From: Schaalia odontolytica
GTDB taxonomy: Bacteria > Actinomycetota > Actinomycetes > Actinomycetales > Actinomycetaceae
Length of the DNA: 32,000 nucleotides
Reading direction: 5' to 3'
Assembly: GCF_005696695.1 (NCBI RefSeq)
Contig: NZ_CP040006.1
Location: forward strand, 270,001-302,000
Shown: positions 16,894 to 24,737 of the stretch, one piece after another
Layout of the letters: each line of letters begins with the position of its first letter
How positions within the stretch are numbered: the first letter of the stretch is position 1
Program-made: the position numbers and the translations under genes
The notes under the pieces: generated by a model
Seen by the model: the letters and a program-made list of their open reading frames with translations, nothing else
What the model was told of the DNA's origin: nothing
Databases searched by the model: none

Positions 16894-17682
16894 TCAGGGG
16901 GCCGTCAGGAGCGAACGCACGAGCTGCGCGCCCTCCGGCCGACCGAGCTTCGCGCGTTCCTCCGGCTTGTCGACGAAGTAGTCGATGAGGCGCCGCAGCA
17001 GAACGAAGCGCATGGGGGCGCCCGTCATATCAAAGACCAGGCTCTCCTCGAGGCCGTCAATGCAGACGTGCATATTCATGCTCGGGAAGAAGGCAGAATC
17101 GTCCGCGGTGAAACCTTCAATGCGGGGGTGTAGATCCCACGGGATAGGCGTTGGGGAGCTGTCTGTGAGCGGGTGAATCTCCATATGATCGGGCGAGAAC
17201 ACGATGAATGGGCCGCGGTGAATACAAGAGGGGCGCCACGGATTGCTGACGCACAGCATGAAAGATATTGCCGATAGGAGGAATCCGCAGAGAATATGAA
17301 TGATCGCGTGCACGATCGGGACCTGAAGTGCTGGCTCGACGATGAGGGAGATCGGTCCGGCTGCGATTCCGAAAGTGTAGGAGTAGCGACGCACACGAAC
17401 CTGAATAAGGGATGGATAGAGTGCCATTCCTCGTGGCTCCGCGTGCACGACCGGACCCCTGCGACGGCGAATGGACTCCGCAATGCCGATCACGAGGGAT
17501 GCTGGGCACAGCAACAGACAATAGAAAAACAACAAGACGAGCAAGCTGGGCGGCAGAATCCCGCCTAAGAAATACAAGACGATCACCGCGACGGGACAAG
17601 CGGCTGCGATGAAATACCAGTTGAGGGGCTCCATTTGGCGCCCGCCGGCAACGGGAACGCTCAACATTGGGCTTTGCTCCAT
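16894..17682 (-). CDS. orphan integral membrane protein (about 4 TM segments plus a soluble C-terminal domain of about 120 aa), low-GC, function unknown
   Basis: TM-like segments include YFIAAACPVAVIVLYFLGGIL, LLVLLFFYCLLLCPASLVIGI and IVHAIIHILCGFLLSAISFMLCV. The ATG at 17682 (MEQSPM...) has GGAAGGAG 6 nt upstream. My hand count of six 60-nt lines gives mid-50s % G+C, against upper 60s in flanking genes. No family recognised. Confidence 0.65.
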   Translation of the reverse strand: MEQSPMLSVPVAGGRQMEPLNWYFIAAACPVAVIVLYFLGGILPPSLLVLLFFYCLLLCPASLVIGIAESIRRRRGPVVHAEPRGMALYPSLIQVRVRRYSYTFGIAAGPISLIVEPALQVPIVHAIIHILCGFLLSAISFMLCVSNPWRPSCIHRGPFIVFSPDHMEIHPLTDSSPTPIPWDLHPRIEGFTADDSAFFPSMNMHVCIDGLEESLVFDMTGAPMRFVLLRRLIDYFVDKPEERAKLGRPEGAQLVRSLLTAP

Positions 17683-17794
17683 CGTCTTCTCCTTCCAGGG
17701 TGACATCCCAGCATATGACATGCGGTCAGGTCGCGCTGGCGGTTCCCCGGCCTCGTTCCTGGGGCGGCCCGAAGAGAACGTGAGCTACGAAACG

Positions 17795-17803
17795 TGGTAG
17801 TTT
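17795..17803 (+). promoter_or_regulatory. extended -10 promoter TGGTAGTTT upstream of the MFS gene
   Basis: TGn+TAGTTT (TANNNT) lies about 55 nt upstream of the ATG at 17858, which has a GAAGGAG SD. Confidence 0.4.
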
Positions 17804-17857
17804 CACCCTGGACGCACACGCGCCTCCGAGCACTCCCCATCGAAGGAGCCCGATCCC

Positions 17858-19207
17858 ATGAGCACAACGCCCACCACCCCACACCGCGTGATTACGCGCC
17901 AAGTCGTCGACTGGGCGGCCTGGGACTGGGGCAGCGCCGCCTTCAACGCGGTCGCCACGACCTTCGTGTTTACGACCTACCTGACCAGCGACGGCGTCTT
18001 CACCGACTCGGGCACCGCCTCGACGTGGCTGAGTAACGGCATGACGATCGCGGGCCTGTTCATCGCCCTGCTGGCCCCCATCACCGGTCAGCGCGCCGAT
18101 CGACGAGGCCGGGGCGGAGTCTGGCTCGGATGGTTCACGGGCGCGGTCGTCGTCTGTATGCTCGCCATGTACTTCGTGCACCCCGAGTCGGTCCTCGGGC
18201 CCCAGGGCGCCCTCATGCTGGGTATTGCGCTGCTCGGCCTGGGTAACGTGTTCTTCGAGTTCGCCTCGGTGAACTACAACGCGATGCTCAACCACCTGGG
18301 CGAGAAGGAAGACCGCGGCAAGATCTCCGGCTTCGGCTGGGCAGCCGGCTACATCGGCGGCATCGTCCTGCTGCTCATCCTCTACGTCGGCCTCATCGGC
18401 GTCAACCTGCTGAACGTGCCCACCGACGCGCACCTGAACATCCGCATCTCCATGGTGATCGCCGCCCTGTGGCTCGGCGGCTTCGCGATCCCCGTCATCC
18501 TCCACCCGCCGATGCCCAAGAAGGTCCAGACCGGCGGCGACAACGAGTCGATCATCGACTCCTACAAGCTCCTGTGGCGCACCGTGCGCACCCTCAAAAA
18601 CGAGGCCCCGCACACCCTCTTCTTCCTCATCGCCTCCGCCGTCTTCCGCGACGGCCTCGCCGGCGTCTTCACCTTCGGTGCCGTCCTGGCCAAGACCGCC
18701 TTCGGCTTCACCGCCAGCCAGGTCATGATCTTCGCGATCGCCGCGAACATCGTCGCCGGCCTCGCGACCGTCGCCTTCGGATGGGTCGACGACAAGATCG
18801 GCCCGAAGAAGGTCATCATCCTGTCCCTGAGCGCGATGGTCGTCGCCGGCTTCGGCGTCTTCTTCCTGCACGCCCGCGGCCCCGCCGTCTTCTGGAGCCT
18901 CGGCCTGGTCCTGTGCGTCTTCGTCGGCCCCACGCAGTCCGCGTCGCGTTCCTTCCTGTCGCGCATCATCCCCGCGGGCCGCGAGGGCGAGGTCTTCGGC
19001 CTCTACGCGACGACCGGCCGCGCCGTGTCCTTCATGGCTCCCGCCATGTACAGCCTCTTCCTCATGCTCGGCAAGCGTATGACGCCCGCCGGCGAGGACT
19101 ACACCTACTGGGGCATCCTCGGCATCATGCTGATCCTCGGCATCGGCCTGGCCCTCACGATCCCCGTGAAGGCGGACCGCGCGACCCTGGCACACATGGA
19201 GGACTGA
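17858..19207 (+). CDS. MFS transporter, UMF1/Atg22-like family
   Basis: About 12 predicted TM segments. N-terminal VVDWAAWDWGSAAFNAVATTFVFTTYL is characteristic of UMF1-type MFS proteins. Substrate unknown. Confidence 0.85.
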   Translation: MSTTPTTPHRVITRQVVDWAAWDWGSAAFNAVATTFVFTTYLTSDGVFTDSGTASTWLSNGMTIAGLFIALLAPITGQRADRRGRGGVWLGWFTGAVVVCMLAMYFVHPESVLGPQGALMLGIALLGLGNVFFEFASVNYNAMLNHLGEKEDRGKISGFGWAAGYIGGIVLLLILYVGLIGVNLLNVPTDAHLNIRISMVIAALWLGGFAIPVILHPPMPKKVQTGGDNESIIDSYKLLWRTVRTLKNEAPHTLFFLIASAVFRDGLAGVFTFGAVLAKTAFGFTASQVMIFAIAANIVAGLATVAFGWVDDKIGPKKVIILSLSAMVVAGFGVFFLHARGPAVFWSLGLVLCVFVGPTQSASRSFLSRIIPAGREGEVFGLYATTGRAVSFMAPAMYSLFLMLGKRMTPAGEDYTYWGILGIMLILGIGLALTIPVKADRATLAHMED

Positions 19208-19241
19208 GCTCCTCGACGAGGCGCCCGCGCCCGACAACGAT

Positions 19242-19290
19242 ACGTCCCCGACGCAACCGAGTGATCCTCGGGCGTCGGGGACGTTCTTTT
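19242..19290 (+). terminator. intrinsic terminator between the convergent MFS gene and paralog A
   Basis: 13-bp perfect stem ACGTCCCCGACGC / GCGTCGGGGACGT (19242-19254 / 19272-19284) followed by TCTTTT. Confidence 0.7.
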
Positions 19291-19300
19291 GTCGATCCGC

Positions 19301-20728
19301 TTAGTTGGTGTCGGGCGTGAAGGCGACGATCGCGCCGCTGCGAGCCCCGATGAGCAAGTCGTCGTAGACCCACACGAAGGTTGTCAGGTCTTCGAGGCTC
19401 GGCGACACGAACGTCATCGGGTCCTCCGTGTTGAAGAAGAACGTCTGTGTGGGAGCAGACGCCAGGCCCTGGATATAGAGCGCCCTGCCGTCAGCGCTGG
19501 CGCGCATCTGGGCGGCCGACCACGTGTCGGTCGAGAACATCTCGGGGAAGGACTCGCCGGGATTGACGGTGTGAGTGTCGCCCCCGCTGCTGACCATCAG
19601 GGTGTAGCCGTTGGTGTTCTTGGAAAAGACGCGCTCCACCGTTGCCGTCGTCCACGGCGCAATGCCCTGCGTCAAGAAGGCACCGAGGTCTGCAACGCTC
19701 GGGAGCTCGCGGTCTGAGGTTGGGAGCTTGTCGAGCTCCCAGGCGGACCCGAAGGTGCCCACGACATTCCCCGCGGTGTCGTAGCCGACGGTCTCCTCCT
19801 CGCCGGCTACGAGGATGCCGTCGTTCGCCAGCGTGATCCTCGACGAGGTGCGGGCGCTCGCGGAAGGCGCGTCCCCGAGCGTCGTGAGTGCTCCCGTGGC
19901 CGGGTTGATGATCTGCGGAGCGTGGTGGGCCTCGTCGACGGGGACGACCACGGCGGCTTCCGTGCCGGTGCCGATGACGGCCGTCGTGGGCTTCGTGATC
20001 CCCGAGTGGGCGAGGCCCATGCGGCGCTGAGGCGAGGTCTGAGTGGTCCAGAGCCTCGTCCATTCTCCCGAGTCGTGGGACCATCCGGAGCACGAGCTGA
20101 AGGTGTCGCAGGTGACGAGGACGCCGCCCGCCACCCCCATCGGGAGGTCGAAGCCCCAGGGCGCCTGAGTCTGCTCGCCGGTTGACCGATCCACGATGAT
20201 GTCGCTGAGCAGGATCTCTCCCTCGGTTGTGACGGAGGAGGGGAATGCCTCGGCGCGTATACGGGACGGATTCGGCCCGGTCGTGCTCCACTGAACGACC
20301 GGCTCGACGCCCGAGACGTCGTAGGCGGACACAGTGGTCACTGCGTCGGTGCCGCTTCCGTAGGTCAGCGTGTACAGGGTCGAGCCTTCGGTGATCAGCT
20401 GCGCTGGTAGGAGAGAACCGTCCTCGGCAAGGAGCGTCCACGCCCTTGCAACGCCCGAGGCCCACTTGCTCGAGAGCTCGCCCGTGCTGGTCGCCTCTCC
20501 GTGGTAGCCGATCGCATTCAGTCGCCCCTCCCGTTGCGGGCCATGAATGTGCGGTTCGGGTACCCCACGACGGCTGTCAGAGAGGTAAAGGAGGCCGGCG
20601 CCGAGTAAGAATGCGAGAACGATGCCGAAGATCGCGATGATAGCGACACTGATCAGGAAGAGGGGCGTCTTCCGTGAACGTCTGGGCTGGGGGGAGTCAG
20701 TCCCGGACTGGGGGTCGTTGGTGCTCAC
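19301..20728 (-). CDS. paralog family member A: N-in single-pass membrane anchor plus a beta-rich extracytoplasmic domain of about 400 aa, function unknown
   Basis: Colinear motif conservation with 20767-22233, 22283-24184 and 24738-26453. TM segment LFLISVAIIAIFGIVLAFLLGAGLL is preceded by PRRSRK. The GTG at 20728 (VSTNDP, AAGG 8 nt upstream) is preferred by analogy with the M(S/T)ND starts of the other members. The longest ORF starts at the GTG at 20770, overlapping the paralog B stop as GTGA. Confidence 0.85.
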   Translation of the reverse strand: MSTNDPQSGTDSPQPRRSRKTPLFLISVAIIAIFGIVLAFLLGAGLLYLSDSRRGVPEPHIHGPQREGRLNAIGYHGEATSTGELSSKWASGVARAWTLLAEDGSLLPAQLITEGSTLYTLTYGSGTDAVTTVSAYDVSGVEPVVQWSTTGPNPSRIRAEAFPSSVTTEGEILLSDIIVDRSTGEQTQAPWGFDLPMGVAGGVLVTCDTFSSCSGWSHDSGEWTRLWTTQTSPQRRMGLAHSGITKPTTAVIGTGTEAAVVVPVDEAHHAPQIINPATGALTTLGDAPSASARTSSRITLANDGILVAGEEETVGYDTAGNVVGTFGSAWELDKLPTSDRELPSVADLGAFLTQGIAPWTTATVERVFSKNTNGYTLMVSSGGDTHTVNPGESFPEMFSTDTWSAAQMRASADGRALYIQGLASAPTQTFFFNTEDPMTFVSPSLEDLTTFVWVYDDLLIGARSGAIVAFTPDTN

Positions 20729-20766
20729 AAGCTGTGCCTTTTCTGTCGTTGCCCGATACGAGGGAG

Positions 20767-22233
20767 TCACGAGGCCTTCGGGGTGAACGCCACGATGCCG
20801 TCGACCGTCACGCCGATGGCTAGGTCATCGAAGGGCCACGAGAGGTGCTCTGCGTCGCGGAACTCGTCCGATCCGTGTCCCTGCCCGCTCGCGGTGTCGA
20901 AGAAGAACCTGTTGCCCCTGTTGGTGTGATCGACGGACTCGACGTACACGACCGACGTGTCGGCGCTGGCGCGAACCTCGGAGGGCCAAAAAGTGCTGAC
21001 GTAGTGATGCTGGTCGTTATTCCCGGCATCAAGAGTGAAGGGGGGACGCCCGTCGCTCGGCGTCACCGTGAGGCTGAAGGGGGTGCCGGCCGCCGCGTTG
21101 CTTGGGGCTGTGACCGACGCGTTCGACCACGCTGGGCGGGCACCGGCCAGGAAATCTCCTAGTTCGGCCGTGGTCGGCATGCGTCCATCGCGTGTTGGCA
21201 TCCTCTTCATCTGCTTGTAGGTCTGGGTCCCCGTGATGAAGCCATCGGCGTCGTAGGTGACGAAGAAGTCATCGTTGAAAGCCAGGAGCCCATCGCTGGT
21301 GATCACAAAAGACACAACGTTGTTCTGTCTGTCCCTGAAAGGACTCACAGAACCGACGTTCGTGATCTGCCCGGTGTGCGGATCGAGGAGCTGCGCCAGG
21401 TGTGTCTGTGCATCGACGGGCAGGACGACCGCCTGGTGCTCCCCGTTACCGATCACAGGTGTATCGGGGTAGGTGAGCTTATCTAACGCGGACAGGGTGC
21501 CTTTTTGGCTGGCAGTGGCCGTCTCCCACTGGCGCTCCCACGATGAGGCCTCCTGCGTCCAGCCCGAGCAGGCCCGTTTGTGATCGCAGGCCACGACGAT
21601 GCCATCAACGGCCGCGAGTGCTTCCGACCCCTCCCAGGGAGCCGAGGACTGCGCTCCCGACGTCTTGTCGATGACGATGCTGTCGATGAGGAATTGATCC
21701 CTGTAGGACACGAAGGTGGGTCGCCCGAGCGATTTGGGGAGGGGCCCCGTCGTGCGCCACAGCTCGCGCGGCTGCTCGGAAGAGATGTCGAAGGCCGCTG
21801 CAGTGACCTGGTGGGCGGCGGGATTGGGGTCTTCGAAGAGGGCGTACAGGGTGGTGCCCTCCACGGTCGTGAGTGCCCGGGAGCCGTACTTCGTGGAGGG
21901 GAAGGGGATCCTCCATGCCGTTTCGACGCCCGAGGCCCAGGCGGGGGAGATAGATCCCGTGCTCGTGGCGTCCCCTGAGTATCCGACGGTGGGCATCGAG
22001 GTAAATGAACGCTGATCGCCCGGTGTCGAGGGTGAGGGGCTGAGTCGGTGGATACCGATGATAGTGGCGATCGCGACAGCGGCCAGGAAAACCACGAGAA
22101 GGGCAGCCTTCGCGTGGCTCTTCGGACGAGGTTGGGGCGGGCCGGGCTGGGGGTTTGGGGGCGCTCCGCCGGGTGGCACCCACTCCGCGGCATGCGTGGG
22201 AGTATTCATGCCCGTGTGATCGTCATTGGTCAT
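20767..22233 (-). CDS. paralog family member B (488 aa), same architecture, function unknown
   Basis: Pro-rich cytoplasmic tail (PPGGAPPNPQPGPPQPRPK), TM ALLVVFLAAVAIATIIGI, and an ectodomain sharing the family motifs (GYSGDATSTGSISPAWASGV..AW, IDKTSGAQSSAPW, CDHKRACSGW, VRASAD, FFFD, FDDLAIG....GIVAFTP). Confidence 0.85.
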   Translation of the reverse strand: MTNDDHTGMNTPTHAAEWVPPGGAPPNPQPGPPQPRPKSHAKAALLVVFLAAVAIATIIGIHRLSPSPSTPGDQRSFTSMPTVGYSGDATSTGSISPAWASGVETAWRIPFPSTKYGSRALTTVEGTTLYALFEDPNPAAHQVTAAAFDISSEQPRELWRTTGPLPKSLGRPTFVSYRDQFLIDSIVIDKTSGAQSSAPWEGSEALAAVDGIVVACDHKRACSGWTQEASSWERQWETATASQKGTLSALDKLTYPDTPVIGNGEHQAVVLPVDAQTHLAQLLDPHTGQITNVGSVSPFRDRQNNVVSFVITSDGLLAFNDDFFVTYDADGFITGTQTYKQMKRMPTRDGRMPTTAELGDFLAGARPAWSNASVTAPSNAAAGTPFSLTVTPSDGRPPFTLDAGNNDQHHYVSTFWPSEVRASADTSVVYVESVDHTNRGNRFFFDTASGQGHGSDEFRDAEHLSWPFDDLAIGVTVDGIVAFTPKAS

Positions 22234-22239
22234 GAGTAG

Positions 22240-22248
22240 TTTCTATCA
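22240..22248 (-). promoter_or_regulatory. TGATAGAAA motif, 6 nt before the paralog B ATG (candidate leaderless promoter)
   Basis: The minus strand reads GTGATAGAAActactcATGACCAATGAC. The same module occurs at paralogs C and D. Confidence 0.4.
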
Positions 22249-22282
22249 CATGGCAGTGTCGGTGTGATAGACGATCGTGACC

Positions 22283-24184
22283 TCAGGAGGATGCCGGTAC
22301 GAACGCCTTGAGGCCGCTCTCGGTCATGCCGATGATCATGTCGTCGAAGACCCACATGATCTGTTTCGGCGAGTTGAGTTCGGGTGAGGTGTAGATGAAG
22401 CCGTTGACGGTATCGATGAAGAATCTACTCTTGTCCTGGTAGGTGAAGGTATCGGCGTAGAGAACCGAAGCATCCGCGCTGACGCGGACCTCCTTCGGTT
22501 CGAACAAGCACGTGCTGGTCATGTACGGGCTCAACGCTCCGGGGACCGGGGTTGTGTGCGTCGACCCGTCGGAGGTGAGGGTGATCTCGATGGAACAGTC
22601 GTTCTCGCCCACGAGGTCTACCGTGCCCGTCGACCAATTCGCGCGCTGATAGGTCAAGAAGGTCGTCAGGTCCGCGGTGCTCGGGTAGGTACCGTCACGG
22701 CTCACCGCGGGAAAATATACCTGTCCGTTGGTAGTGAACGTGGATTGGAGGGTTCCCTCACTGTCGAAGGCCATTCCCTGTTTCTTGCCGATGTCGACGA
22801 CAATGAAGCCGTCGCTTCCCACCTCTACGTAGTGACCGGTCCCTGGCGTGCCGGGTTCGGGCAGGGTCGTTGCCTCGCCGGTATGGATGTTGATGATCTG
22901 CGGGGATTCCTGATAGCTGGAGGGGACCAGGACGGAGGCGAGTTCACCCGTGCCGGAGCGCGTGGTGCCTGCGGGCGCATAGCCCAAACCCTGGTTACTC
23001 AACCCGTAGGACGTCTGTGGATTCGTTGTCGTCGTCCACAGAGTCGTCCAATCGCCGGAGGCGTGCGTCCATCCGCTGCACGAGGATGTCGTCGAGCAGG
23101 TCACCACGATGCCGTCGGCCTGTGCGAGGGGAAACTCCTTGCCCCACGGGGCCTGTGTCTGCTCGCCGGTCGCCTTGTCGATGACCACGTCGAGGAAAAA
23201 GAGCTGGGTCTCGCTCGACACGAACGCGGGTGTGTACGTCATGATCGCGGAGTTTGCCGTGGGGCCGACCGTGTCCCAGAGGAGAGCTGGGTCCTCCCCG
23301 GACAGGTCGTAGGCCAGAGTCCTGACGGCGGAACCACGCTGGCCCTCGATAGTGTCGTAGCCGGCGATGTAGAGGATCTGGCCGTCGACGAACATATGCG
23401 GTCCGAACTGAGTCATTTCTGCAGGCAGCTCAAGCGTCCACGCGGTGGCCACGCCCGAGGCCCACTGCGGCGATATGGAATGCGTGTTCGTGGCGCTCCC
23501 TCGGTATCCGGGCCAGCGGGGCGGCAGCCCCTCCGCATACTCGCGCACCTCGGAGTCCGCCTGCGTGCTGGCGCTCGACGAGGTCTGCGTGCCCCAAGGT
23601 GTCGATGATGAACCGTCGCGAGTGGACGAGAGAAACGACGCGCCGAAGGCGATCGCGATGAGAGCGACGAACGCGATGAGGAGGTTCGGCTTTTTCTGCC
23701 TCGGGGGCACCGAGGCTCGCGGGGTCCTCGCGGGCGTGGGCTCGAAGGTAATGGTGGGCCTGGGCGCCTGCGCGCCTGTGGGCGCCTTCCGCGGCGAGGC
23801 CGTGGTGGCGGTTGGCCTCGGTGCTTGCTTGCCTGTGGTCCCTTTCTTCGATGAGGCAGTGGCGGCGTTGTGGGAGGCGCTGCTCGTCTGGGCTGCTGTA
23901 GCTTCCGCCGCGGGGGCTGCGTCCGGCTGAGAAATATCGGCCGGCGCGGGCGGCGTGACGGTGAGGAACTGGTCGAGGTCCGGCATCGCCACCTCTGGCA
24001 TCGCCAATTCCTCTAACGCTTCCAACTCTGGCAGCTGCGGAAGTTCGGGCAGATCCGCGACCCCTGGAAGAACCCCAAAGTCCGGGAGCTCAGGAATATC
24101 GACCTGTGACACGTCGTCCCACGCGTCGGAGGAATGAACGCGCGCGGGGTCGTCGGATGTGTGATGCAGGTCGTCGTTGCTCAT
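22283..24184 (-). CDS. paralog family member C (633 aa) with a long acidic/Pro-rich cytoplasmic tail, function unknown
   Basis: N-terminal tail of about 165 aa (DIPELPDFGVLPGVADLPELPQLPELEALEELAMPEVAMPDLDQF, then a GxQAPRPT duplication). TM LLIAFVALIAIAFGASFL. Ectodomain carries the family motifs (GYRGSATNTHSISPQWASGV..AW, IDKATGEQTQAPW, CSTTSSCSGW, VRVSAD, FFID, FDDMIIG....GLKAFVP). Confidence 0.85.
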   Translation of the reverse strand: MSNDDLHHTSDDPARVHSSDAWDDVSQVDIPELPDFGVLPGVADLPELPQLPELEALEELAMPEVAMPDLDQFLTVTPPAPADISQPDAAPAAEATAAQTSSASHNAATASSKKGTTGKQAPRPTATTASPRKAPTGAQAPRPTITFEPTPARTPRASVPPRQKKPNLLIAFVALIAIAFGASFLSSTRDGSSSTPWGTQTSSSASTQADSEVREYAEGLPPRWPGYRGSATNTHSISPQWASGVATAWTLELPAEMTQFGPHMFVDGQILYIAGYDTIEGQRGSAVRTLAYDLSGEDPALLWDTVGPTANSAIMTYTPAFVSSETQLFFLDVVIDKATGEQTQAPWGKEFPLAQADGIVVTCSTTSSCSGWTHASGDWTTLWTTTTNPQTSYGLSNQGLGYAPAGTTRSGTGELASVLVPSSYQESPQIINIHTGEATTLPEPGTPGTGHYVEVGSDGFIVVDIGKKQGMAFDSEGTLQSTFTTNGQVYFPAVSRDGTYPSTADLTTFLTYQRANWSTGTVDLVGENDCSIEITLTSDGSTHTTPVPGALSPYMTSTCLFEPKEVRVSADASVLYADTFTYQDKSRFFIDTVNGFIYTSPELNSPKQIMWVFDDMIIGMTESGLKAFVPASS

Positions 24185-24190
24185 GACACG

Positions 24191-24199
24191 TTTCTACCA
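24191..24199 (-). promoter_or_regulatory. TGGTAGAAA motif, 6 nt before the paralog C ATG (candidate leaderless promoter)
   Basis: The minus strand reads GTGGTAGAAAcgtgtcATGAGCAACGAC. Confidence 0.4.
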
Positions 24200-24227
24200 C
24201 GTTGCGTGCCCGGCGGGCGCTCGCGGG

Positions 24228-24722
24228 TTACTCCTCGGCGCGCACCATGAGGGCGCTCGCCAGCGCGGCCACGCCCTCGCCTCGGCCCGTGAAACCCAGG
24301 TGATCCGAGGTCGTCGCTGACACGGTGACCGTGCCCCCGGCGATCTCGCTCATGACCGCGCAGGCCTCGGGCAGTCGCGCGGCCATACGAGGTCGGTTCC
24401 CCACGACCTGCACGGTCGCGTTACCGAGCACCCAGCCGGCCTCGGCGGTCATGCGGCGAACCTCCTCAAGGAGCGCGCGCCCCGAAGCGCCCGCCCACTC
24501 GGGGCGATCCACGCCGAACACCGTGCCGAGCTCGCCCAGCCCAGTGGCCAGCAGCATCGCGTCGCACAGGGCGTGCGCGGCCACGTCCGCGTCCGAATGC
24601 CCCTCGAGGGGGCGCTCGCCCGGCCACTCCAGGCACGCGACCATCAGAGGACGGGGCGAGTCGGGTGCGGCGAACGCGTGGACGTCGACCGCTTGGCCGA
24701 TGCGGAAAGGCAGATCAGTCAT
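24228..24722 (-). CDS. ispF: 2-C-methyl-D-erythritol 2,4-cyclodiphosphate synthase
   Basis: GQAVDVHAF (Zn ligands Asp/His), [12 protein letters not shown] and [16 protein letters not shown]. Confidence 0.93.
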   Translation of the reverse strand: MTDLPFRIGQAVDVHAFAAPDSPRPLMVACLEWPGERPLEGHSDADVAAHALCDAMLLATGLGELGTVFGVDRPEWAGASGRALLEEVRRMTAEAGWVLGNATVQVVGNRPRMAARLPEACAVMSEIAGGTVTVSATTSDHLGFTGRGEGVAALASALMVRAEE

Positions 24723-24728
24723 GGAACC

Positions 24729-24734
24729 AGGGTA
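24729..24734 (-). promoter_or_regulatory. -10-like hexamer TACCCT, 6 nt before the ispF ATG (candidate leaderless promoter)
   Basis: The minus strand reads TGAcgcTACCCTggttccATG, inside the 15-nt gap after the paralog D stop. No SD present. Confidence 0.3.
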
Positions 24735-24737
24735 GCG

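Noticed and set aside
20729-20770. Paralog A starting at the GTG at 20770, overlapping the paralog B stop (GTGA coupling)
   Set aside because: This remains possible, since it is the longest ORF. However, the downstream GTG at 20728 gives an N-terminus (V)STND matching the M(S/T)ND starts of paralogs B-D and has an SD-like AAGG 8 nt upstream. Treat it as an unresolved alternative.
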